Assembly (NCBI GenBank): GCA_963832165.1
Contig: CAWHTE010000001.1
Location: 64,001-128,000 of the forward strand
Origin: an uncultured delta proteobacterium
GTDB taxonomy: Bacteria > Myxococcota_A > UBA9160 > SMWR01
DNA: 64,000 nt
Reading direction: 5' to 3'
The number at the start of each line of letters is the position of its first letter. Position 1 is the first letter of the stretch. This document shows positions 8,746-19,871 of this stretch, one piece after another. The position numbers and the translations under genes are program-made. A model generated the notes under the pieces. The model saw nothing but the letters and a program-made list of their open reading frames with translations. It ran no database searches and had not been told where the DNA came from.

Positions 8746-10674
8746 CTAGTCGGGTGTGTACCAGATCGGCGACGTCCACGCGCGCTCCTGGATCGACTTC
8801 GGAACGGCGGGGTCGCAGCACGCGGCGAGCTCGCGCGGGACGGACTCGGGATTGGCGCAGTCGACGTGATGGGCGTTGCACGCCCAGGTATTCCAGCGGC
8901 AGCTCGGGTTCTCGACCACACGCGCGTAGTAGAACGCGGGCGCGGCCGCGTCGAAGTCGGGATCGCGCCAGACGCGGCACAGCTGATCCGCGCCGGGCGC
9001 TGGCGTGCACGTGGCGAGGTCGAGCTGCGCGCCGCTCGCGGGATCGCCCACCACTTCGTAGACGCGCTCGCGGCTCTCGCCGCCTTCGACCCACCCCTTC
9101 ACGATCTGGATCCGCTGCAGCGGCGCGCTCGGCGCACCGGCGCCACCCGGATCGCGCAGCGCCCACACCGCGAGCTGCGGCGCGGCCGGCCCGCTCGATG
9201 GCCTACGCTCGCCTTCGGCTCGCTGCGCGAAACTTGCGGCCGGCGGCAGCTCGCCGCCCATCGGCACGCCGCCCGCATAACCCACCGCCGCGAAATCAGG
9301 GTTGCCGCAAAGATCGTCGGGAAAGTCCCAGCCGGCGAACATGCGCACCGTGATGCGCGGTCCGCTCGTGCCGTAGGCCTCGCGGCGGCGCATCGCCTCG
9401 AACAGCGCATCGCGCGAATTCTCCTCGGCCCACAGCACGGCGAGCCCGCCCGGGTTGAAGTCGGGGCGATCGGGATAGGGCGGCACGCCCCAGCGCACGC
9501 TCACGGTGCCCGCGGCGTGACCGCGGAACTGGTCTTCGTCGACCATGCCCGGTGCAGCGAGATGGGTGTCGGTAGAGCCGATGATTCCGAGCCGGAACGG
9601 ATTCACGCCGATCTGCTGCCCCAGCACGAGACCCTTGCCGAGCGCTTCGCGCACGTAGAGATTGGGCGGCAGCGGAGGAAGCTCGCGCGTGCCGGCCATG
9701 TCCATCATGCGCGCCATCGAGAGCTTCTCGTAGCTGCACAGCTCGTCCTGCGCGCCCGCGCGACACTCGCTGTCGCCCTTGTGCTGCGTCACCTCGACGA
9801 GCGTCTCGAGGTGCGCGCGCTGGCGCGCGTCGTCGGCGGTGATCGGGCTGCCGTCCGAGCGCGTCGCCGTGAACATGCGCCCGTTGGACACGTTCGAGTT
9901 GTGCGGGATCGCGAGCGCGTCGCAGCCGTTTCCGGCACCGAGGCACTCGCTCTCGAGCGCGTGCCACAGACCCTCGGGCGTAGGCGTCTCGATGTAGGTG
10001 GTGGGGTAGGTCTGCGCCACCGCATTGCGGAAGATCACGTTGCGATGGAGGTTGTCGCCCGCGGGCATGCCGGTCCATTCGTAGCCGACGAACGTGGTGA
10101 GGCGGCACGCGTCGCTCCTGTCGTAGTAGGCCTCGGCCGCGTCCTGGATCTCGCGCCAGGGGCCGCGCCCCGCCTCGCGGCACACGGCGCCGTCCGCGCC
10201 GCAGAACGAATAGCGGGTGGGCTCTTCACTGCTGTAGATGGCGCCATTCACGAGCGTGTAGCCGAGCCGCGGAAACCGGCGCACGACGCGGCACACGAGC
10301 GAGTGGTAGCCCGGCAGTGCGGGGTTCTGGCAGATCTGGGTCTCGCCGAGCAGGTCGCTGTGGTCGGTGACGACCGCGAAGTCGAGCGGGCGGCGCAGCT
10401 GGATCCGGGTCTGCCCGCGTCCGTCGGGGCCGACGGGCGGGATGCCGATCGCCTCGCCACGAGCGAAGCGATAGGCATCCCGCGGGCCGGCCAGTGTGCC
10501 CTGGCCCCAGGCGTCGAACGAGAATGCAGTGTGCACGTGGGTGTCGCCGAAGAACGGCCGGCGCAGCGGGTCGTGGTGCGCGCACGGCGCGCGCGATTCG
10601 GTGCGCGCGAACGGGAGCTCGGTTGCGCTCGCTGCGAGCGCGACGAGCGCGAGCGCCGCGGCCACCGCTCTCAA
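8746..10674 (-). CDS. DUF3604 domain secreted protein (PHP-like metallohydrolase fold)
   Basis: Signal peptide, FFGDTHVHTAFSFDA, LDFAVVTDHS, IPHNSNVSNG, GSTDTH, ERAWTSPIWY. TTG start overlapping the upstream stop is inferred. Confidence 0.88.
   Translation of the reverse strand: MRAVAAALALVALAASATELPFARTESRAPCAHHDPLRRPFFGDTHVHTAFSFDAWGQGTLAGPRDAYRFARGEAIGIPPVGPDGRGQTRIQLRRPLDFAVVTDHSDLLGETQICQNPALPGYHSLVCRVVRRFPRLGYTLVNGAIYSSEEPTRYSFCGADGAVCREAGRGPWREIQDAAEAYYDRSDACRLTTFVGYEWTGMPAGDNLHRNVIFRNAVAQTYPTTYIETPTPEGLWHALESECLGAGNGCDALAIPHNSNVSNGRMFTATRSDGSPITADDARQRAHLETLVEVTQHKGDSECRAGAQDELCSYEKLSMARMMDMAGTRELPPLPPNLYVREALGKGLVLGQQIGVNPFRLGIIGSTDTHLAAPGMVDEDQFRGHAAGTVSVRWGVPPYPDRPDFNPGGLAVLWAEENSRDALFEAMRRREAYGTSGPRITVRMFAGWDFPDDLCGNPDFAAVGYAGGVPMGGELPPAASFAQRAEGERRPSSGPAAPQLAVWALRDPGGAGAPSAPLQRIQIVKGWVEGGESRERVYEVVGDPASGAQLDLATCTPAPGADQLCRVWRDPDFDAAAPAFYYARVVENPSCRWNTWACNAHHVDCANPESVPRELAACCDPAVPKSIQERAWTSPIWYTPD
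9197..9239 (-). repeat. Short repeat translated in-frame inside the DUF3604 gene
   Basis: 43 nt with 3 mismatches to 53189-53231; encodes ASFAQRAEGERRPS. Confidence 0.8.
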
Positions 10675-11027
10675 CCGAGCACCCCGAGCAGACTCGCCGT
10701 GGGCGTGCGCCCGAACGGAGTCTCGTAGAGCTCGAACGCGAGCGACGCCGCGAGCAGCGCCGCGCACAGCGCGATCGCGACGGTCGCACGGACACGCGGC
10801 GAGAGCGGCGCGAGCAGCCGCGCGCCGAGCCACGCGGCGAGCGCGCACAAGAGCGCGGTCGCGAGCACGTGGACCGCGAACAGGGCCAGGATCATCGGCA
10901 CGGGTCCCGCTGCGCCCTCGACGATCGCCACGGCGCCGGCTGCCGCGAGCAGCACCGCGTGGTGGAGCGCGGGAACGAAGCCGCCGAACGGGCCGACCGT
11001 CGGGAACGGCAGCGCGACGACGAACAC
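10671..11027 (-). CDS. Small membrane protein
   Basis: Hydrophobic ORF coupled to the DUF3604 gene; the start may lie ~35 nt further upstream. Confidence 0.6.
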   Translation of the reverse strand: MFVVALPFPTVGPFGGFVPALHHAVLLAAAGAVAIVEGAAGPVPMILALFAVHVLATALLCALAAWLGARLLAPLSPRVRATVAIALCAALLAASLAFELYETPFGRTPTASLLGVLG

Positions 11028-11081
11028 CGCGAACAGGAGCCACCCGGAAGCACGTGCGCTCAGGTGATCGATCTCTGGTTT

Positions 11082-11115
11082 GGCGGGTTACGGCCTTTGG
11101 CCTAACCCGCTCTAC
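11082..11115 (-). repeat. GTAG-type REP element
   Basis: Minus strand GTAGAGCGGGTTAGGCCAAAGGCCGTAACCCGCC. Confidence 0.8.
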
Positions 11116-12028
11116 GAATCCCCGGTCGCCGCTTCGCGACGCTGTCGACCGCGGCGCGCACCGTGGCGCCGAACGCCGGATACGCGAACGACAGATGACC
11201 GCCCGTGATCTTGTGCACGCGCGCTCCGCGGATCGCCTCGGCCATTGCGAGCTGATGCGAGCGCGGGATCGCGCGGTCGCGCTCGGTCACGACCACGCTC
11301 GTGGGCACGTCGATCTCGTTGATCCACGGGGTCGAGTTGAAGCGGCCGATCTCGGCGCCGGCCTCGAGCAGGTGGCGGATATCGTGCCGCGCCACCTCGG
11401 ACCTCGCCCAGACCGGCAGGCTGTCGAGCTGGAGCTCGCCGACTTCGGGGTCGGCGCTGATCCGCATCGCGTTGCGGAACAGACTGCGCAGCGAGATGAC
11501 CCGCCCCGCGATCGCCCCGGCTTCCATGATTCCCGCGAGCAGGAGGCCGATTCCGCGGCTGCGCACGAGATGCGGACTCGTCGCTGCGAGCACGAGGCCC
11601 GAGACGAGCTCGGGGTGGCGGCGCCAGACCAGCTGGGCGACCGGGCCACCCATCGAGTAGCCGACCAGAATGGCGTTCTGGATCCGCTTCTTGCGCAGCA
11701 GCGCCGCGACGTCGTCGGCGCAGTCCGCGAGCTTGAAGCGGAAGCTGCGGATCCCGCGCGCGTGCCCGCGCAGGTCCGGCGCGATCACGCGATAGCGCCC
11801 GCGCAGCGCCTCGAACGCCTGGAACCAGTTCAGACCGCCGCTGGCGATCCAGCCGTGCAGCAGCACGACGGTGGGCAGATCGCGCGGTCCGCGCGCAGCC
11901 CGGACGAACAGATCACCCCGGTCCGGCAGCCGCGCGAAGTAGCCGGGCGGCGGTGGCGCCTTCCGGACCAGCTCCACGAAGTGGGCCAGGGCACTTTGCT
12001 CACCATGCGTTACGGCGGGTGCGGCCAA
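11102..12028 (-). CDS. Alpha/beta fold hydrolase
   Basis: LLHGW, DLRGHARG, GYSMGG nucleophile elbow, C-terminal GGH. Confidence 0.9.
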   Translation of the reverse strand: MAAPAVTHGEQSALAHFVELVRKAPPPPGYFARLPDRGDLFVRAARGPRDLPTVVLLHGWIASGGLNWFQAFEALRGRYRVIAPDLRGHARGIRSFRFKLADCADDVAALLRKKRIQNAILVGYSMGGPVAQLVWRRHPELVSGLVLAATSPHLVRSRGIGLLLAGIMEAGAIAGRVISLRSLFRNAMRISADPEVGELQLDSLPVWARSEVARHDIRHLLEAGAEIGRFNSTPWINEIDVPTSVVVTERDRAIPRSHQLAMAEAIRGARVHKITGGHLSFAYPAFGATVRAAVDSVAKRRPGIRRAG

Positions 12029-12213
12029 TCAGGCGTCTTCGACTTCCTGGAGGGGCGTCTTGGGGGCCGACGATGGTGGTTTGCTCGGCGAGGGGATTCG
12101 CTTTGCAAATGAAATCATCGCCGATCCGGTGGCGCAACTCAAGCATTTCTGGGGCGATCGGTTGGCGTCCGTACGCTCCCGCTCCGGCCCCATCCCGGGC
12201 ATACTCCCGCGCC

Positions 12214-13450
12214 ATGGCAGCCACCCTCTACCTCGCTGGTTCCATCTTCATCCTGGTCGTCGCCGCCTCCGCCTGGTTCCAGGCGCGCCGGGTAGGCCCG
12301 CTGGTCCCCGTCTATTTCATGACGGGCTGGCTCGCGGGCGACCTCGCGCTCCAGGTGATCGCGGTCGGCGTCGGGGTAACGCTCTTGTTCGCGGCGCTCG
12401 GCGCGTTCGCGGAGCCGCGGGGAATTCTGGGGCTCACGCTCTCGCTCGGCGCGTGGGGCCTGCTCCTCGCGAGCCACTTCCGCGCCCAGGGCGCGAGGCG
12501 CGAGATCGAAGACTTCGCTCGCGAGACGAGCCTCGCGATCGAGCACGGCGACATCACGCGCACGCACGGCTTCTGGCGCCCGTTCCAGATGAAGCGCGCC
12601 GGTGTGCGCCGCATCTCGAACATCCCCTACGGCGAGTCGCTGCCCGGCGACAAGGGTGGGCGCAATCTGCTCGACATCGTGCTGCCCGACGCGCCCGGCA
12701 CCAATCGTCCGATCCTCGTGCAGATCCATGGCGGCGGCTGGATGATCGGCGACAAGCGCGAGCAGGGTGGCCCGCTCATGGGATACCTGGCGAGCCGCGG
12801 CTGGGTGTGTTTCGCGATCAACTACCGACTCTCGCCGAAGGCGAAGTTTCCCGCTCACATCGTCGACGTGAAGCGCGCGCTGCGCTGGATCCGCGAGCAC
12901 GCGCACGAATACGGCGCGGATCCGAGCTTCCTTTGCGTGACGGGCGGCTCCGCGGGCGGGCACCTCACCGCGCTCACGGCGCTCTCGCAGAACGATCCCG
13001 CGTTCCAGCCCGGATTCGAGGAGGCGGACACGCAGCGTCTCGGCCGCCGTGCCGTTCTACGGCGTCTACGACTTCCTCGACCGCGCCAACATCCGCGGTC
13101 GCCGCCATTCGATGGCCGACATCCTGACCAAATACGTCTTCCCGTGTCCTCCCGACGAGAATCCCGAGCTCTGGGATGCGGCCTGTCCGATCACGCGCGT
13201 GTCCGCCGACGCGCCGCCGTTCCTCGTCGTGCAGGGTACGCACGACACGCTCGTGTTCGTGGAAGAGGCGCGTGAGTTCGTGCGCGCGCTGCGCGAGAAG
13301 AGCCGCGCTCCCGTGCACTATCTCGAAATGAAGGGGGCGCAGCACGCGTTCGAGATCTTCCACACGGCGCGCTCTCAGTACACGGTGCGCGCCGCTGCGG
13401 CGTTCCTCGAGGCCGAGCACGCGAAGTATCGCGCGGAGGCGGCCGCCTGA
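12214..13450 (+). CDS. Membrane-anchored HSL-family esterase/lipase, frameshift near 13033
   Basis: N-terminal TMs, HGGGW, GGSAGGHL; continues in the next frame as VPFYGVYD ... GTHDTLV ... AQHAFE. Confidence 0.88.
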
Positions 13451-13457
13451 TCTCCGT

Positions 13458-13757
13458 TCACACGTTGTCGTTGGTGCGACAGTTCTTCGCGTCGATCGCG
13501 CTCTTCACCTGCAGATAGCCCGGCCAGCCGTAGATCGGGATGAACCCGAGCCAGAACTTCTTCTGCGGCGCGTTCGCGTTGAACGATCCCCAGCCCTTCA
13601 GATACCACTCGCCGAGGCCCGGATGCAGGATCGAGTACCACATCGCTGCATCGGTCGATCTTCCGCTCGCGCATTGTCCGGGTGCGGCCAGGCTCGCCGT
13701 CGGGGCGAGCAGCAGCGCGCATACACTCAGGGCGACGAGCATCGAACGCATGTCCAT
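13458..13757 (-). CDS. Small secreted/membrane hypothetical protein (TM2-like motif)
   Basis: AGGAGGA RBS, signal peptide, SILHPGLGEWY motif, two Cys in the mature part. Confidence 0.65.
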   Translation of the reverse strand: MDMRSMLVALSVCALLLAPTASLAAPGQCASGRSTDAAMWYSILHPGLGEWYLKGWGSFNANAPQKKFWLGFIPIYGWPGYLQVKSAIDAKNCRTNDNV

Positions 13758-13873
13758 TTCTCCTCCTGGTTCGCACTGTAGCGTCGCACTGCTGCGAGCG
13801 CGCCACAGCGCTGGTTGCGAGCGCCCCGCGGGTCCCCGATTCTGATAGTCGTGTTCATGCCGGATGAGTCCTG

Positions 13874-15075
13874 ATGCCGTCGAATGCGCCGTGCCGCCTC
13901 AGCGCACTCGGCATCGTGAACGCGCTGGGTTCCGGCACCCACGAGGTGTGGGCGCGTCTGCTCGACGGTGAGCCGACGCGGCTCGTCGATCGCAGCGATC
14001 TCGTACCCGACCGCGTGCTGCGCGTGGGCGCGGTGCAGGATCCGCTGCCGCGCGTTCCGGCCGGCTCGCGGCGTTCGACTGCCGCAACAACGCGATGGTG
14101 CAGGCCGCGCTGTCCCAGATCGAAGAGCCGATCGCGCGTGTACTGCGCGAGCGCGGACCCGAGCGCGTGGGCGTGGTGATGGGCACGAGCACCTCGGGCG
14201 TAGGCGACGCCGAGGGCGCGATCCGCCACGAGCTCACCGAGGGAGGCCTCACACCGACCTTCGACTACGCGCAGCTCGAGTTCGGCGGACTCTCCTCGTT
14301 CGTGGCCGACTATCTCGGTGTGCGCGGTCCCGCCTACTCGCTCTCCACCGCGTGCTCTTCGGGCGCGCGCGCGCTCGCGTCGGCGCGATCGCTGCTCGCG
14401 CTCGGCGTGTGCGACGCGGTGGTCGCGGGCGCCGCGGACACGCTGTGCGGCCTCACCGCGAACGGATTCACCGCGCTCTCCGCGATCTGCGACGGCGTCA
14501 CGAATCCGTGCAGCAAGAACCGCGCTGGGCTCACGCTCGGCGAAGGCGCTGCGGTCTTCCTCGTCGAGCCCGGCCCCGGCGGCGTGCAGCTGCTCGGCGT
14601 GGGGGAGTCGAGCGAGGCGCATCACATGTCGGCGCCCGATCCCTCGGGTTCGGGCGCCGAAGCGGCCATGCGCGGCGCCCTCGCAGATGCGGGTCTGGCT
14701 CCCGACGCGATCGACTATCTCAATCTGCACGGCACGGGCACCCCGCTCAACGACGAGATGGAGTGTCTCGCGGTCGAGCGCGTGTTCGGAAACGCGCTGC
14801 CGGTCTCCTCGACCAAGCCGTTCGTCGGGCACACGCTCGGCGCCGCGGGCGCGATCGAGGCCGCGTTCTGCTGGCTCGTACTCGCGAACAGCGAGGACGG
14901 TGTCCTCTCGCTGCCGCCGCACTGGTGGGACGGCGAGCGCGACCCGCAGATCCCGCCGCTCCACCTGGTGCAGAAGGGCGAGACCGCGCGCGCGCGCTCG
15001 GCGCCGCGCGTGATGTCGAACTCGTTCGGCTTCGGCGGAAACAACTGCACGCTCGTGCTGGGCGTCGAGCGATGA
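13874..15075 (+). CDS. Beta-ketoacyl-ACP synthase (APE-type KS), frameshift near 14063
   Basis: STACSSG (catalytic Cys), HGTGT, GHTLGAAG, SNSFGFGGNN. The N-terminus LSALGIVNALG is in the adjacent frame. Confidence 0.93.
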
Positions 15076-15810
15076 GCGCGAATGGCGCCGCGCTGCGCAC
15101 GGCGCGCGTGCTCTCGCTGGTCGGCGTGGGCTCCCGGCATCGAGACGCCCGAGGCCTGGCGCGCCTGGTGCGCCGAGCCGGTTCCGCTCGCGACCACGGG
15201 TCACCCCGAGGCGCGCTTCCTGCCCGCGATGCTGCGCCGCCGCTGCTCGCCGCTCACGCGAATCGCACTGACCGCCGCGTGGGGCTGCGTCGAGGAAGGC
15301 GCGCTCGGCGGCGTGCGCACGGTGTTCGCGTCGCGTCACGGCAGCGTGAACGAGTCGATCGAGATGATCGAGCAGGTCGTGCAGCGCCAGCGACTCTCGC
15401 CCGCACAGTTCAGCCACACCGTTCACAACGCGCAGGCAGGTCTCTACTGCATCGCCGCGCAGAACCGCCAGGCCTCGTGCTCGCTCGCGGGCCGCGACGA
15501 CACGTTTGCGTGCGGCTGGCTCGAGGTGCTCACCCACCTCGAGCGCGATCCCACCTGTCGCGTGCTCTACGTGATGGCCGACGTCGAGCTCGCGCCGCGT
15601 TTCGCCGAGCTCATCGAGGAGCCGGAGGCGTCGTACGCGCTCGCGCTGCTGATCGCGCGCGAAGGTGACGGACCTGAGCTGCGCTTCGACCTCGAGGGCA
15701 CAGAGGCGACGCCGATCACGCCGTGGCCGCACGCGGGCGAGTTCCTGCGCTTCTTTCTCTCCGACGCGGAGCGGTTCTCGCTCGGGCGCTTCCACTGGAC
15801 CCGATGCTGA
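15072..15810 (+). CDS. Beta-ketoacyl synthase chain-length factor (APE-type), frameshift near 15115
   Basis: WSAWAPG ... LPAMLRRRCS ... FASRHGS ... LSPAQFSHTVHNAQAG. ATGA overlap with the KS. Confidence 0.9.
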
Positions 15811-15812
15811 AT

Positions 15813-15883
15813 GGCGGATTACGCTCGCTTCGCTCGCTAATCCGCCCTACGTAGGGCGGATTAGGCCGAAGGCCGTAATCCGC
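15813..15883. repeat. Back-to-back REP doublet (CTAC|GTAG)
   Basis: GGCGGATTA-CGCTCGCTTCGCTCGC-TAATCCGCC-CTAC followed directly by GTAG-GGCGGATTA-GGCCGAAGGCCG-TAATCCGC, between convergent genes. Confidence 0.88.
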
Positions 15884-17302
15884 AATCGAGCCGCTTCAAC
15901 ACCGACTGCGCCGCCCAGTAGCCGCACATCCCGTGCACGCCGCCGCCCGGCGGCGTGGCCGCCGAGCAGATGAACAGGCGCGGGTTGGGCGTGGAGTAGG
16001 GATCGAGGCGCGTGACCGGGCGGTTGAACAGCTGCAGCGCATCGGCGACGCCGCCCGTGATCGCACCGCCCTTGTAGTTGGGGTTGTGGCGCTCGAACCA
16101 GGCCGGGCTCATCGCGTGGCGCGCGAGGATGCGATCGCGAAAGCCCGGCGCGAAGCGCTCGATCTGCGCCTCGATCGCTTCGGTGCGATCGACCGTCGAT
16201 CCGTGCGGCACGTGGCAGTAGGCGTAGCCCGTGTGCTGCCCGCTCGGCGCGCGCGAGGCGTCGATCTCGCTCTGCTGGCACACGATCAGGAACGGCCGCT
16301 CGCTGTGGACGCCGCGGTACATGTCGCGCTCCGACGCGCAGATCTCCTCGAGCGTTCCGCCCACGTGCACGGTCGAGGCCTCGCGGCACGCGGGGTCGCG
16401 CCACGGGATCGGCCCGTCGAGCGCCCAGTCGAGCTTGAACGCACCAGGCCCGTAGCGGTAGCGCGCGAGGCGCCGGCGATAGCCCGCGGGCAGCGCGTCG
16501 CCCGCGATCTGCGAGAGCTGCTCGGGCGAGGTGTCGAACAGCACCGCGCGCGTGGGCGGCAGTTCGGAGAGGCGCTCGATCCGGCGGTTCGTCTCGATCG
16601 AACCGCCGAGGCGGAGCAGGTAGTTTGCGAGCGCGGCCGAGATCGCGCGCGATCCGCCCTGCGGGACGGGCCAATCCTCGACGTGCGCCGTGATCGCGAA
16701 GATCAGCCCCAGCGCGGCCGTGAGCGGCTGGCCGAGCGGCAGCACCGAGTGCGCCGCACAGCCCGCGAACAGCGCGCGCGCTCGCTCGCCGCGAAACAGC
16801 ACGCGCGCGAGCACACTGGCCGGAAACAGCGCGCGCAGGCCGAAGCGCAGCATGAGCAGCGGATGGGCCGGGATCCGCAGCGGCGCCATCACGTCCGCGA
16901 GCAGCTCGTGCGGGCGGTCGAGGAACGGAGCCACGAGTCGCGCATAACGCGATCCATCCGCGGTCGAGCCCTGCCGCGGTGCGATCGAGCGAGCGGTAGA
17001 GCATCACGCGCCGGGCCGTCGGGCATCGGGTGCGCCACCGATGCGCGCGGGCGCAGCCAGACGAGCCCGTGGTCTTCGAGCGGCAGCTCGCGGAAGAACG
17101 GCGACAGGATCCCCATCGGATGCACGGCCGAGCACACGTCGTGCATGAAACCGGGCAGCGTGAGCTCCGCGCTGCGCGCGCCGCCGCCCACCTCGCTGGC
17201 GGCCTCGAAGACCGTCACGGAACGGCCCTCGCGCGCGAGCGCGATCGCGGCCGCGAGCCCGTTCGGGCCCGCGCCGATCACGACGGCGTCCAGATCAGCC
17301 AT
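15861..17302 (-). CDS. Phytoene desaturase-like FAD oxidoreductase (COG1233), frameshifts ~16960-17010
   Basis: [12 protein letters not shown] ... HDVCSAVHP ... [16 protein letters not shown]. Confidence 0.88.
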
Positions 17303-17308
17303 CCGACG

Positions 17309-19013
17309 CTATGCGATGGCTCTCGCGCGTGCGCGCTCGAACGCTTCCGCGTACTGGTCCGTGGGATAGGGCTGCACGGCGCGCATCCTTTCGATCTCGG
17401 TGTCGCCCTCTTCGAGCACGCCGTCGGCGGCGTCGACGATCTTCCAGTGCATCGTGGGGCCGAACAGCGGCTGCGACTCGACCATCAGCACGCGCAGCTC
17501 GCCCGGGGCGAACTGGCACTGCGGCTGGATCGCATCGAGCAGCGACTGGTTGTTCAGATGCCCGTCGCCGAAGTTCCAGCCCAGGACCATGCCCGCGAAC
17601 ATCTCGCCGTCGATCCACTCGTAGTCCTCGATGCGATCGACCGCGCGCGGCAGCGCCTCGAGCATCGGCCGGCCCTCGAGGTGCATGAAGCGATGGGCGA
17701 GCGAGAACGAGAGCGCCATGTCGACGAGCTTGGGGTCGGGCAGCATGCGTCCGAGCTGCACGCGCGTCGTGTCCGCGTTCTTCACGAGCTTGTCGAGCTT
17801 GGCGAGCGCGTCCTTGCGGATCAGCCAGACGTTGTAGGCCCAGTTGCCCGCGTAGTAGCGCATCGCGAGCAGGAACGAGACGCGCGACGGCACGAAGTTG
17901 CCGTACAGCGGAATCACGAACATCGAGAACAGCACGAACGCGAGCAGCAGCGGCATCTGGCCGCGTCGCGAGGATGCTGGCCTCCGGGTGGAAGCCGAAC
18001 AGCGCGATGCCGCCGTAGATCATCAGGATGTTCCACTCGATCGGCATGCCGCTCGGGTTGTTGATCGCGATGAAGCCGTGGAAGCCCACCATCACGAACA
18101 GCATCAATCCCGTCACGAGCGGGTCGATGTTCGCCGCGAGCACGAACGGGATCGTCCACTCCGTGAGCGTTCCCATGCGCGCCATCACGACGGCGAATGG
18201 GCCCCGGCCGCAGATCGTCGGGGTACGACACGAACAGCCGCTTCTTGAGCCAGCTCGGGAAGAACGGCCCGTTGTTCATCATCACCTGGATCACCGACGG
18301 GAAGTGGTGATTGACCTTCGAGGTCGCGGCCCAGAACCAGATGAAGCACCAAACGAGCTTGCAGAACGAGATCCACGGGCCGTCGCCGGACAGCGCGACT
18401 GCGATGCACGTGAGCGCCACCCAGTAGTGCTCGGCGCGCGCGGCCAGGAAGAGCGTCTTGTCGCCGATCCCCATCAGCGGGATCAGCACGACGCTCGGCC
18501 AGAGCAGCTCCGCCGTGATCTCGGGCGCGACGAGCGCGCGCAGCAGGAACAGGTGGTTCGCGGCGTAGAGCGCCACGTCGAGCCAGGTGCGCTGGATCCC
18601 GCCGAACAGCGGCAGACCCGGGAGCGGCGACAGCTTGGTCGTGCCCGGGCGCAGGAAGTGGCGGAAGCCACCGAACATCGGCTTGAAGCGCCCGTTCATC
18701 GGGCCCCAGCCGCAGCCGATACCCGTGAGCTCGTAGAAGATCGACCACACCACCGCCTTCTGGAACGCGGTGCCCGTGAACGCCCACTCGAGCGGCGAGG
18801 TGAAGCCGGGGTAGTTGGCGTTGAACATCTGGAACAGCGCCCAGCCGCCGATGTACACGAACAGGTACTTCGTCCAGTAGAGCGCCATCACCGACTTCGG
18901 GGTCGGATTCACCTGGGACGCCCATTGCCGTGCACACGAGCCGGACGCTTCTCGGGGAACGGCGCGGACAGGATGCGGTCGGGGTCGTAGGGGGGGAGGT
19001 CGGTGCTGGTCAT
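17309..19013 (-). CDS. DUF3556 family membrane protein, three frameshifts (~17960, ~18195, ~18915)
   Basis: FLRPGTTKL, DKTLFLAARAEHY, SKVNHHFPSV, MRYYAGNW, GWNFGDGHL pieces spread over several frames. Confidence 0.85.
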
Positions 19014-19051
19014 GGGGGTTCGAGGTAGCACCGATCGAGGGTTCCGCGCAC

Positions 19052-19778
19052 TCACGGCGGCGGCATGCCGAGCTCGGCGCGCATGCGGCGGATGTACTCG
19101 AGCGAGCGGCGGCCCGCGGCGGTGTTCTCGGGCGGCAGCACGTGCTTGAGCAGCTGGTCGAGCGGGCCCGGGCCGAAATAGCGGAACCACCACTTGCGCA
19201 CGACCCAGTCGACCGCCGACGCGGCGATCACGGGCGTCCAGATCCAGAAGCCCGTCGCGGTGCCCCAGCTCGACGCGGGCGGGTGGAACGCGAGCCATCC
19301 CGCGGCGACCGCGAGCAGCGCGAAGATGCCCGCGAACACCATCGTCGATTTGCGGCAGTAGGGCGCGATGAAGTCGGGCGCGTACGGGTGCAGGCTGCGC
19401 GCGGCGTCGTAGAAGAGCGAGCCGCCGCCGCGCAGCGAGACGACGAACAGCGCCGCGATCAGCGCCTGGATCGCCGCGGGCACGAGGCGCAGGAACAGCG
19501 CGTCGCCCGTGACCGCCGCGGCCGCCGGAAGCACGAGCAGCGCAGCGCGCTGGTAGATCGGCACGCGCTGCGGCGCGATGCGCTGCCACGCGAGCAGCGA
19601 CGCGAAGCCCAGCACCAGCAATCCGAGCGCCACGCGCGCGCACGCCGAACATTGCGAGCGCGCGCTCGGCCGCGGGCGGATACACGGTGGCGAGCAGCGC
19701 GCCGACGCCGACCGCGGTGACGAGCGCGGGCGGCGGCTTGATGCGCGGGGGCGGGACGAACGACGCAGGCTCAGACAC
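19052..19778 (-). CDS. COG4648-type membrane protein of APE clusters, frameshift ~19640
   Basis: Multi-TM; LRLVPAAI ... FVVSLRGG ... YCRKSTMVF pattern; position in the APE operon. Confidence 0.65.
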
Positions 19779-19792
19779 GCGATTTGCTCTTC

Positions 19793-19871
19793 GTAGGGCG
19801 GGAGAATCCCGCCATGCGGGGCGCACGCAAAAGGCGGGATCCGCTCGCTTCGCTCGCTCCTCCCGCTCTAC
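19793..19871. repeat. Inverted REP pair (REPIN-like)
   Basis: Plus strand GTAGGGCGGGAGAATCCCGCC (19793-19813) and minus strand GTAGAGCGGGAGGAGCGAGCGAAGCGAGCGGATCCCGCC (19833-19871). Confidence 0.8.
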
